From assembly GCA_004431415.1 (NCBI GenBank), contig QPMI01000645.1:1-64000 (forward strand): 64,000 nt of DNA, read 5' to 3'. The notes under the pieces were generated by a model that was given only the letters and a program-made list of their open reading frames with translations, made no database searches and was not told where the DNA came from. Positions within the stretch are counted from its first letter, which is position 1. Each line of letters opens with the position of its first letter. Position numbers and translations under genes: made by a program. Below, piece by piece: positions 12,264 to 22,638 of this stretch. This DNA comes from Cyanophora paradoxa CCMP329. Lineage: Eukaryota; Plantae; Glaucophyta.

Positions 12264-15200
12264 ATGGCCCGCCGCCATAGAACGCCAATTTCTATCGTCC
12301 TATGTCTTCTGTTCATCGCAGCAGCTGCACAGACTGCAACCTGTCAGGCAGTCACGATAAACCCGCCGCCCGCTCCGTGGCTGCGTCCCTGGAGGCTCTC
12401 TCTCACGCCCACGAGCTTCAGCATTCGTTACGGCTCCCCAGCCGGCTTTCAGGGCGGCGCTGCTGATGTTCCGCGGACGGACACCAACACGCTCCTGCTC
12501 TTCCCTTCGCGGTCCGGCGCGCTGGCGAACGAGACCGTAGGCCGCTTCGGCAACACGGGAAACTACCACTCAGCCAGCGGCCTGCAGCCCGGGACGCAGT
12601 ACACGATCCACGTCGTGTTCACGAACGCGGGCGGCGCCTCCGCCGCCTCCCTGCAGTTCACCACCCCCCTCACCCTCGGTGCGCGGCGCTCGAGCGTGCA
12701 GATCGCTCGGGCTCGGGCTCGCAGCTGATCATGAGAGCCCCCGCGCGGCCGGCACGGAGTACTAGTCTTCGCGCTCTTTCAACTTCAGCTCTAGATCTAG
12801 ATCTTCAAGGCTTGTCACTGACGCCGGGGACGGGGCGGCAGATCCTCCGCCGTTTACGACGCTGGGCTGCTTCAACACGACCCCCGCCTATGACGACCTG
12901 AGGGTATCTGTTTCTCCGTCCACCTGCACCACGCCAGAGCTAGCGGAGCTGCAGGCGAAAGGGTGCGCTTAGGGCGTCGCCCGCTCGCTTAGCTATAGGG
13001 CGCAGCCCGCTTAGGGGCGCCTGCTGCGTGCTGTTGCAGGTATCGGTACTTCGGGGATGGCAGGACGGCCGCCGGTTCGCCCGTGTGCCTGGCGAGCAAC
13101 GCGCTCGACGCCCTCACCGCCAGCGGGCCCCTCGGTCCCGCCGCCGTTAACTGCTCTTCACTCGGCCTTCCCCCGTGCGACCCCGCCCCCACTTCCCCCG
13201 CCCCTATACAACCCCCCCCCCCCCCCCCCGGCCAACATCCCCCCCCCTTCCTCCAACCCAACATCTGGACTGCCCGCCCCCCCCCCCTGCCATCCTCCCC
13301 GCCCTTCGAATTCTCCCCCCCCCTCCCAGCCTTCGCTGTAACTCACTCCCTCCACCGCCCTCGCGCAACCATACTCCCGCGCCTCTAACTTTCAGTCGCT
13401 GAGAATTTCTTCTACACGAGTGTGCTTTCTGCAAAGTGACGTTTCTCTGTGCCGTTCCCTCGCGCAGGAACGGCCTCGTGACCGTGAATGATTTTGGGCT
13501 GCCAGCGCTGCCCATGAGCGCTCCTCTCCCCCCGAGGCTCAGCTCCTGGCAACTGAGCGCCTCTCCAACGGGCTTCAAGTTGATCTTTGGTTCAGTAGGC
13601 GGCTTTCAGGATGAGGCTGCAGATGTGCCGCCGACGGACACAACCACCCTCCTGCTCTTCCCGTCTCGGTCAGGCGCGCTGGTGAATGAGACCGTGGAAC
13701 GCTACGGGGCCAAGAAGACCCGCCACGACGTAGGCGGCCTGCAGCCCGGGACGCAGTACACGCTCCACGTCGTGTTCACGAACGCTGGCGGCGCCTCCGC
13801 CGCCTCCCTCCAGTTCACCACCCCCCTCACCCTCGGTGCGCGGCGCTCGAGCGTGCAGATCGCTCGGGCTCGGGCTCGCAGCTGAGAGCCCCCGCGCGGC
13901 CGGCACGGAGTACTAGTCTTCGCGCTCTTTCAAATTCAGCTCTAGATCTAGATCTTCAAGGCTTGTAACTGACGCCGGGGGCGGGGCGGCAGATCCCCCG
14001 CCGCATACGACGCTGGGCTGCTTCAGCACGACCCCCGCCTACGACGACGTCAGGGTGGCCGTATTAGACTTTGGACCCCTTTCTTGTGGAGCTGTCGCTC
14101 AGACGCGGGGGTACGGCTAAGCCTTCCCCCGCCCCCGACCCAGCCCGCTTCCCGCTTAGGGGCGCCAACTACGTGCTGTTGCAGGTATCGGTACTTCGGG
14201 GATGGCAGGACGGCCGCCGGTTCGCCTGTGTGCCTGGCGAGCAACGCGCTCGACGCCCTCACCGCCAGCGGGCCCCTCGGCCCCGCCGCCGCCAACTGCT
14301 CTTCACTCGGCCTTGCCCTGTGCGACCCCGCCCCCACTTCCGCCGCCCCTATACGCGCCGCCTCCACCCGCCCCTCCCCCCCCCCCCCCCCCCTTCCTCC
14401 AACCCAACATCTGGACCGCCCGCCCCGCCCCCCCCCCCCCCCCCCCCCCCCTCCACTCCACTTTTGCGCCGTTCCCCGCAACCGCCTCCGACCCTCTACT
14501 TCCTTGAGCTACCACCCCCCGCATCGCATAGCATACCAGTCTCTCCTAACCAAAAAGACGTGCACACCTTACAAAGCGTTCTCAAATTAGAGAGAGCGAC
14601 TGCACGCTGACGTTTCCGTCACGCAGAAACGACCTCACGACCGTGAATGATCTCGGGCCGCCCGCGCTGCCCATGAGCGCCCCTCTTCCCCCTTGGCTTC
14701 GCCCCTGGCACATAGACCTCTCCCCAACGAGCTTTTTTATCCGCTACGCCTCTGCCGGCGGTTTCCAGGACGAGTCACTAGGCGGGGAGGTCCCGTCGAC
14801 GGACACAGCCAGACACCTGCTCTTCCCTTCGCGGTCTGGAGTGCCGGCGAACGATACGTTGGGACTTTATCAGGGCACTCTCGCGGGCAACCGCTTTTCG
14901 TACAGCGGCCTGCAGCCCGGGACGCGGTACACGCTCCACGTCGTGTTCACGAACGCTGGCGGCGCCTCCGCCGCCTCCCTCCAGTTCACCACCCCCCTCA
15001 CCCTCGGTGCGCGGCGCTCGAGCGTGCAGATCGCTCGGGCTCGGGCTCGCGCTCGCAGCTCTGAAAGCCCGCGTCCTGCCACGATCAGCTCTAGATATTA
15101 TAACTGACGCGAGGCCGCGGGGCGGCAGATCCCCCGCCGTTCACGACGCTGGGCTGCTTCAACACGACCCCCGCCTACGACGACGTCAGGGCGGCCGTTC

Positions 15201-15466
15201 TGGATTTCGATTCGGCCCCCTGCGGCACCTCAGCCCGCGCGCGAGGGTACGGCTCTCTCTCTCCCGCCCCCAAGCATCCCCCGTTAACCTGCTGACGCGC
15301 CTGCTGACGGGCGCCTTCCGCGCGCTGTGCACGTGGCAGGTATCGGTACTTCGGGGATGGCAGGAAGGCTGGCGGTTCGCCCGTGTGCCTGGCGAGCAAC
15401 GCGCTCGACGCCCTCACCGCCAGCGGGCCCCTCGGCCCCGCCGCCGCCAACTGCACCTCTCAGTAA
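12264..15466 (+). CDS. Secreted protein with three tandem fibronectin-type-III-like plus Cys-containing modules and Pro-rich linkers (spliced)
   Basis: N-terminal signal peptide (ISIVLCLLFIAAAAQ). Three copies of GLQPGT(Q/R)YT(I/L)HVVFTNAGGAS (FN3 L.PGT.Y motif), each followed by the exons FTTLGCFNTTPAYDD and YRYFGDGR..GSPVCLASNALDAL; last copy ends NCTSQ* at 15466. Poly-C tracts make the linker frames uncertain. Confidence 0.65.
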
Positions 15467-15960
15467 GCCATTCGCGCATTTTGCTGAGCATCGAATGCAG
15501 TTTATGAACATAAGTTCCCCTCGCGCAGAAGCACGCTCGATAGTGTCGTCTCCGTGTCTGATCTGGGTGCGGTCGACCGTGTCCCTCCGGCAGTGCCCGC
15601 AGGCTACCGTGCGGCCGCGAGCCTCTGCGTACACCACCCCACCATTCTTGATGCGTGCTCTAGCTCTTAAGATCCCACCATCGAAACTTCAAGTTGGAGT
15701 TTTAGTATCAAGTCATGATCAAATATCGATGTGAGAGCTCAAGTTTGGATTTTCAGCTGTGAAGTAAGACAGATTGCGCACCATGTAGCCTTTCGCAGTG
15801 TATTTTATATTACATTTCACATGTACAGTGAATTATATTGTTTCGTTCGCGCCGAAAGCACACGCATTCCGAAGTTCCCGTCGCGTGCACTGCAAGTTCG
15901 AAGCCGGGGTTGCGTCTGCTACTAGCCTAGTGGTACTGATCATGAGGCCTCCGATGTAGT

Positions 15961-16286
15961 CGTCGACTACGTATACTGCAAGGCCTGCCCGCCCGCGCCC
16001 CGACCGGCCCCCTCGAGCTCCCTTCAAGGCTTCGAATTCTTCTCCTCCTCTTGGCTGACGGGCGCCGCAGAAGCAGGCGGCGGCGCAGGCGCCGAAGCGG
16101 GTGGTCTACGGCTCGACGGAGCTCGTGACGGCGAGCAGCTCCTCGCGCAGCTGGGGCAGCTCCACAGGGGCCCCGCCGCCGCCTCCCCCGCCGCCGCCGC
16201 CGCCCTCCGATAGCCCGGGGCTCGCCCCGCCCCGCGCGTTCGGATTCAAATGCACGGTTGAGCCTGCACGGCCGAAGCCCGAGGAT
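15961..16286 (+). pseudogene. Degenerate duplicate of the last intron, last exon and 3' flank of SLY1 (copy of ~11735-12050)
   Basis: Shares cgtcgactac..tgcaaggc, [20 protein letters not shown] and the downstream UTR with the SLY1 end, with indels. Confidence 0.8.
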
Positions 16287-17670
16287 AGTGCGCATGCCGC
16301 GCTGGCCTGATCATGAAGCGGGGGGGGGAGGGGAGGGGGGGGGGATCTGAAGAAGAAAAGGAGAAGAAAGAAGCTTCAGCGACCGAAGGCCTAGGCCTAG
16401 GCCTTCGGGGCCAGCCTCTCGGCGACCGCCAAGGATGCCAGACTCTGAGAACATGTATATGTAAAAGCTTGCAATTGCAATTGTATACGTACATGTGGAA
16501 GTGCGCATGCGCATGCATGGGCGGGTGGGGGAAGGGGGCCGCGGGGTTACTCGAGCTCGGTAATACTCGGGGCCGGGGTTTACCCTTACTCGGCCCGGGA
16601 CCGCGGGTATTACCGGAGTAAGCCCAAGCTGCCCAGCCCTCGGGGGAGTAGATGGATTAAATTACTATTAATAGCTCGCGCCGCGCCGCGAGTCGCGCGG
16701 GCCGGCCGGAGTCAAATGCAAGGCGAGAAAAAGAACACCAGTCTGTCCGACTCTGTACATGTCGCCGGAGAAAAATTGTTTTTTTTATAAAAACATAATC
16801 GCTTGCGCCATAAGCATATGATCCTTCGTGTGCAAATTCAGTCCCTAGTCAATGAGCGTGTTGAAAGGGTTAAAAAAGCTACGCCTGCACATGATGTCTC
16901 TTGTTCAAACTTTGGTATACGTAAGGGCCGTAAGGCCGTCCGACGCCGGACCGACGCCGGTCCGACGGTCACGAATCCGAATTCCGGATGATCCGGTCCC
17001 GGATCCCGTCGACCGTCGACGTCGACGGACCGTACCGCCCGGCGGCCGGCGCGCCCGCCGCGAGCCGCGCGGCCGGGCGCTCATCCATAATCCATTATAT
17101 TTGCTTCTAAGCTGCAGACTGCAGTGCCAGTGTGCAGGCTGAGCCTAGGCCTGCAGGCTGCAGCTGATCATGATGGCCATGGCCATGGATATGGATATGC
17201 ATAGGTTGAATTGCGATCTCCGAATTTCGTGGCTCACGGTGGCTCCGAGGGCCGAGGCTCCGAGGCTCAGCGGCTCATCCAGGTCTTTCAGATCTAGAGT
17301 CCGGCCGCTAAGCATCCAGGGATTCCAGGCTCGTCCAGCGCTAGCTATAGCTGGCCGGAGCGCTTCGAATTCCCCCGACCTCCGGATCCCCTATATTATG
17401 CTTGCCGCAGGCCCGCAGCCCGCGAGGCCCCGCCGCGCGGCCCTCTACGGCCCAAGCGCTAGCATAAACCTCAGGGCCTTGCAATTGCGATTACAGTAGC
17501 ATCCGCAGCTGTAGCTGGCCCGGCGCGCTCAGATCCAGCTGCCGCACTGCGGCAGTACTAGTGTAGGTAGCCTCGCGCGGCCCGGCGCGGGCGCGCGGCA
17601 GGCTGCCGGCAGCCGCGCCGCTGCGCCTCTTCGGAGGCGCCTTCACAGGCTCCGCCGGCGCGGCGTGATC

Positions 17671-18626
17671 ATGAATTCGAAGAGGGGCCTCCAGGCCCTC
17701 CTCGACGCGGCCGACCGCGACTGCGACTGCGGCGCCATTCGCGAGCTCGAGGCCTCCGGAGCCGCCAGCGCGAGCCTCGACGCGCAGCACGTGCACCCGC
17801 CCGCACACGGGCACATGCCCGCCCGAGCTCCCGCCGCGGGCGGCGCCGGCGCCGGCGCTGCAGGTGCTGCTGGAGATCTCCTCGGCCGAGGCCACGGACG
17901 CACGCGCCCGTCGGCGTCGGAGGCGCGAGCTCCCGGAGGCCTAGCTATAGCTTCGTCGTGGTCGTGGCCAGCCGGAGCCGCCGGCGCCCCTCCGCCAGCT
18001 TCGAATCCGGCGCGGCAGCGGTGGCCGCCGCCGCAGCGGCCGGCGTCGGCGTCGCTGCTCCGCGTCTCGGACGCCGCGGCGTACCTGGACCTGGTCCGCG
18101 AGGAGGCCCCCGAGGCCTACGAGCCCTTCCTCGCCCTCATGCGCGACTTCCGCGCCGGCCGGTGCGCCCGCGCGCCCTCGAAAATCGGTGGCAGAGTCTG
18201 GGGATATTTTCGCAGGCATATTATATATGCGCAAAATCGCTTTATATTTATTAATTGATGATCGCGGGCCGGGGCAGGCTGGGGACGGAGGAGGTGGTGG
18301 TGGGGGCGGTGCGGCTCTTCGCGGGGCGGGGCGAGCTCATCGACGGCCTGGGGTACTTCCTGCCCCCCAACTTCGACCTCCGCGTCGACCCGGTCCGCGC
18401 CCGCCGCAGCCGCCCGGCCCAGCTAGGCCCCTAGTCTCGCCTTCGTTCCTCTCGTATACGTACACGTATGCGTCGTCTAACTATCTTCGAATTCTTACTT
18501 CAGGAGGGGCGGATCACGGCGCTCGGGCCGGAGGGGCCGCTGGCGGGCATGGAAGAGGTCTGTCTCCTCCACGCGCGGGCCCTCCGCGCCAGGGCCCCCG
18601 CCCCGCCGCAGGAGCCGCCCCCGTAG
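17671..18626 (+). CDS. Small stand-alone PAH-domain protein (Sin3 PAH1-like), spliced
   Basis: LRVSDAAAYLDLVREEAPEAYEPFLALMRDFRAGR|LGTEEVVVGAVRLFAGRGELIDGLGYFLPP matches the PAH consensus (DA..YL..VK....Y..FL..M..F......V...V..LF.G...LI.GF..FLP). Introns ~18162-18278 and ~18393-18503. N-terminal exon structure uncertain. Confidence 0.7.
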
Positions 18627-19227
18627 CACCATTCTCGAGCTCCGATTTGAGGATCCGTTCTCTGCTATCTTCTCTTTTCCTTCTTGAGATGCCCCCCGGG
18701 CCCCCCTCCTCCCTCTCCTTCCCCGGCTCCCGGCCCTCCCGCTGGCCGTGCACGTGGCTCCCCCGGCCGGGGACTGTCACGTTAACGTTAACGCCTCTTC
18801 ATCCTCCCCGAGTCCTTCCATTTCTCTCTTGCTAATTAGACGTCGGCCTACTTGCTACGCTCTTGATTAAACTCGTCTCATCTCCAGCTCTCGGCGTGTG
18901 CTCAAGCTCCGAGGCTCCCTCCTGGCTTGCAGACTGCCCTCTCCGCTTGTCACCCTCGGGGCCTATGTATCTTTTGTGTACTCTATGCTAGCCTCCACTG
19001 TCGGAATAGGAATTTTGCTGATGCGCATGATGTAGGGTTAACAGATTGCATTTTCCTGAATTCTTGCTGCGAATCTGACTCCGAAAAATCTGCTGTTGAA
19101 TGGGCAGCTGCAACTCCGAGGCTCTATTTATCTATATATACTACCGTAGTAGTAGTACACGTACTATGATATAGGCTAGGCTCTGTTGAGGCTCCAGCGG
19201 CCGGGCATGGCAGCATCTTCATTCGCC

Positions 19228-19520
19228 GAGTCAGTTTCGCGAAACCCGAAAGGCCGAAGGTGGGGGCGGTCCTGTGCGTTCCCATAAGAACACGCGCATA
19301 GGGAGAAGGCTGTGCGAGGAAGGGTAATTGCCCCAGTACGGCCCGGCCCGAGAGCCCCTAAGGGGAGCAAAAAAATTTTTTTTGAGTCAGTTTCGCGAAA
19401 CTGGTTTTGCATGCTCGCAAAAAAAAGTGGTCCGGCTTTCAAAGCTTTTCCGGCTTTTTTCGCAAGCTTTGAAAACCGGACCACTTTTATATTGCGCCTC
19501 TCCGAGTCTGGCCAGTCCGA
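19228..19520. repeat. Cluster of hairpins and short direct repeats, possibly a DNA-transposon or MITE end
   Basis: GAGTCAGTTTCGCGAAAC twice (19228, 19384); long hairpin AAAAGTGGTCCGG-CTTTCAAAGCTT...AAGCTTTGAAAA-CCGGACCACTTTT at ~19424-19488; TCCGAGTCTGGCCA twice. Confidence 0.45.
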
Positions 19521-19898
19521 GTCTGGCCACTTTCGCGGCAGTCGGACTCGGTAACTGGGGCTGCGGCAATTTGACCCGAGTCGAGCGGTGCACGCGTGCA
19601 GGCGACGCTGCGACAGTCGGACTCAACTTGGCAAGTTAGACCCCTGAGCTCGAGCGCCGATAGATCTTGCCAGTAGGTGCGGGCGGCCCAGCGCTAGGCG
19701 CCGCCAGCAGCGGTGGCGGTCGAAGGGTTCACTAAAGATTCGCGCTAGCCTAGTAGCAGCGGTGGCGGTGGCGGAACTTCGGAATCCAAGCTATAAGTTG
19801 AGCTTCACAATATTCAGGTATTTGCGAGCCCGTGCGCGCGCGCATGCGCATCTCATCGTGCTAGCGCTAGCGCTGACGTCGACGACCCCGCGCTAGCG

Positions 19899-21525
19899 AT
19901 GTCCTTCGTGGGTCGCGCGGACCTTCAATCCGACGCAGATGTGCTGCGCGCGGACATGATACGCGCCGCGGATCGCATGCGGGACCGGGGGCTTGACCGC
20001 GAGGCGGCCACGGTCGCTGTCACGCTCGATTTCCCGTCCGCAGGTCCGCCCGCGTCCGCGCTTCTCGGAAGCTCGTCTGCGCCCGCCCGCGCCGCGGCCG
20101 CGGCACTCCTCGTATACGTATAAACTATAGTCTTTCCCTGGCTGAGCGGATTCCGTGGCTGAGCGGATTCATTCCCGAAATTAAATGTCTTCACCCGCAA
20201 TACTATTTATAATGCTGATATCGCACTTGTTCTTAGATGGAGAAGATGTCGCGCACGTCGTCGGTCTTGTCTTCGACAGGAACTCGCGCGGTCAGAGTGA
20301 TCGCGCATTCCAGGGGCGCCCTCAGCCTCGTCCAGGGCCGGTGCGCTTCCGGCCCGGGTCCGGATCCGGACCCCGTCCCTCCTGGGCCCGATCCCGGATC
20401 CTGAGAGTATCTCGGCCCCGGATCCAACTTCTAACGCAGCAGCGACAGGCGCCGTTCGGGCCGAGGGGAACTGGAGGCGATCGATACCGAGAGACAGCCC
20501 TCGGGTACGACTACGAAGGACAGAACCGCCCTCATCCTCCTGGCCATGGGCCGTCGCACGGAGCCAGGTCCAGGGGCCCCCCGCCTCAGGTAATTCATCA
20601 TTACAACTAACACATGCACACGATTTAATTATGAACTTTAAGATGTAAAATGGCCGACATGCTTACATCTGCTCCGCGGCTGCAGGGGCCCCGCGGCCGC
20701 CCCGGTCGCCCTCGGGCCTACGACGATTCCGCCGTCGACTACGCCCGCGGCCGCCCTGGAATGAGCTCCCCCCGCGAGTTTCGCGATCGGGGCCGCGGCG
20801 GAGGCGGACATCCCTCCGGATCCTGGGGCCAGCACCAAGAAGGCTTCGGCCGCGGCGGCCCGCGGGGCTTCCCGGCGAACGGCATTAGCCCCCGGCCTCC
20901 TGGAGGGGCGGCAGGCGATCTTCGCACTCGGCTGCTGGATGCGCGCGTCCAGTCGGAGGGAGAGGCGCGTCTGAGGAGGCAGCCGAGGCCCAGCGACCTT
21001 GACTTCGGTGCCCGAATAAACAAATTTGATTTCCTATTACAGTCTGATGCGGTGCCCACATTCTAATTTTCCACGCGCAGTGTTGGATCTGAATCTCGAT
21101 CAGGAGGAGCTTCGGAGGGCGAAGCAAATCGTCTCCAGCGACCAGTTCGAGTTTCTGTTCTGCATGCGCCTGGTCATGAGCCCTGCAGAAATTGTGGTGC
21201 GCCGGCGCCGGCGCCGCTAGCGCAGCAAATTCGTCTGCTTACGTACGATTCTATCTGCGTATTTATTTTATTTACGTGTTTCCTTCAGCGTCACGTGCTC
21301 CAGCGCCACAGCAGCACCAGCGGCGAGAGCGTGCGCGCCGCTTTCCAAGAGCTTCTGAATTCGCAGTTGCCAGAAGTGCGTCTTTGTGTGAATTTTGAAT
21401 ATTTCGCTTGGTATGGAAGCGGCCGCGGGCTGAAATAATCCAGGTGGTCGAGTACCGGCGGCGGTTCGCTATCCGCAAGCACATGCTGGAGAGCGAGGCC
21501 CAGGCTGCAGGCCGCGAGGGCGGCA
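19899..21525 (+). CDS. Hypothetical spliced gene or fragment with an Arg/Gly/Pro-rich segment, apparently truncated by the LTR element
   Basis: GC-rich exon-like blocks (19899-, 20237-, 20650-, 21081-, 21400-) separated by AT-richer GT..AG segments; no family recognised. Confidence 0.3.
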
Positions 21526-22371
21526 TGTATTGCAGTGAGCATATACTGCCATTATTCCAAGTCCCTGTAGACCTGTACCCCCAGTCTGTACTTGTACCCC
21601 AATGATACCAGTCCCCAGCTAAACTATGCTGGCAACATCCCTCGCCGGACGCCACGCGCACTCCGTGCCGGACAGCTAGCCTAGCTGCTCTGGCCGGGTC
21701 GGTGGTAGCCGTGTGGTCTACGTGGAGATCGCAGCGCAACGGGCAACTCGCCCATCCTGCCGGCTAGTGACTACGAGGGGGATTGGATCGTCAGCTTGCA
21801 ACTCAACGGCAGCTCCGGAGCTGGCCGATTCGCTCGCGCGGTCGGTCCGGCGGACAAGGAGCAGCATCGGCCCGGACGTCGCGCTCGCGCAACCGTCCCG
21901 TCGACGCAGCTGCTGGCAAGCACACCGGACACCGTTCGCACACGGTGGGAGCCCGCGCTTCGCGCCGCTTAGGGTTCGCCCCGAAGCGACCGCGGTTCCG
22001 CAAGCTCCAGGCCTAGCGATCAACTGGCTCGCTGCGAGGGTTCGTCCCGAAGCAGTCGCCGGATAGCGCAACGAGAAGCCGCGTGCTCGGGCTCGCCCAA
22101 AGCACGCCAGCATCTCGGGCCTGCCGACCATCGCCAAGAGCCAAGGTTGAATCTCGCCGCGGCAAGTGCCTAGCGCACACCGGGAGCTTACCGGACACGC
22201 TTTTACATACAGTATACGGACACCGGCGGCGCGTGCGTCATCACGGACAAGAACGGAGTAACGGTCGATAACGGCAACATCGACCACACCCCGCCACGAC
22301 GCCCGCCTCAGCGCCGCGCACGTCTCGACCCCTCGAAGGGGGAGACTCTGTCAAAATTTTCGGCACAGACA
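21526..22371 (+). repeat. Putative 5' LTR (TGT...ACA, ~846 bp)
   Basis: Ends ...CAGACA 3 nt before the PBS. Start TGTATTG chosen where the upstream coding-like sequence breaks off. No second LTR in the window to confirm. Confidence 0.45.
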
Positions 22372-22374
22372 CTC

Positions 22375-22385
22375 TGGCGACTCCA
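22375..22385 (+). promoter_or_regulatory. Primer-binding site, complementary to a tRNA-Arg 3' end
   Basis: TGGCGACTCCA directly after ...ACA-CTC and ~250 bp before the gag ATG; matches my recollection of the complement of plant-type tRNA-Arg(ACG) ...TGGAGTCGCCA. Confidence 0.65.
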
Positions 22386-22638
22386 GTCAACGGCCGACCG
22401 TCGCGACTCCTCGGAGGAACCGACCTCGACCACGACCGCCACGACGCCCGCTTCAGCGCCGCGCATACCACGGGCGCTTGAAGGGGGAGACTCTGCCGAA
22501 ATTTACAGCGATTCCAGGCCCCTAGCACGCCAACGATCGACGACTGCGGCTGCGGACTGACACGCGGGACACGCGACTTACACCCTCACTGACACTACCA
22601 CTCCTCCTTTCCTACCTTTACGTCTACACGACTTCATC

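Noticed and set aside
21703-21712. TGGTAGC as an initiator-Met PBS
   Set aside because: Only ~7 nt match and not preceded by CA; the Arg-type site at 22375 fits better.
22335-22371. GAAGGGGGAG as a polypurine tract followed by a 23-bp mini-LTR (TGTC...GACA)
   Set aside because: The purine run belongs to an 80-bp repeat also present after the PBS, and 23 bp is implausibly short for an LTR; needs the 3' LTR to settle.
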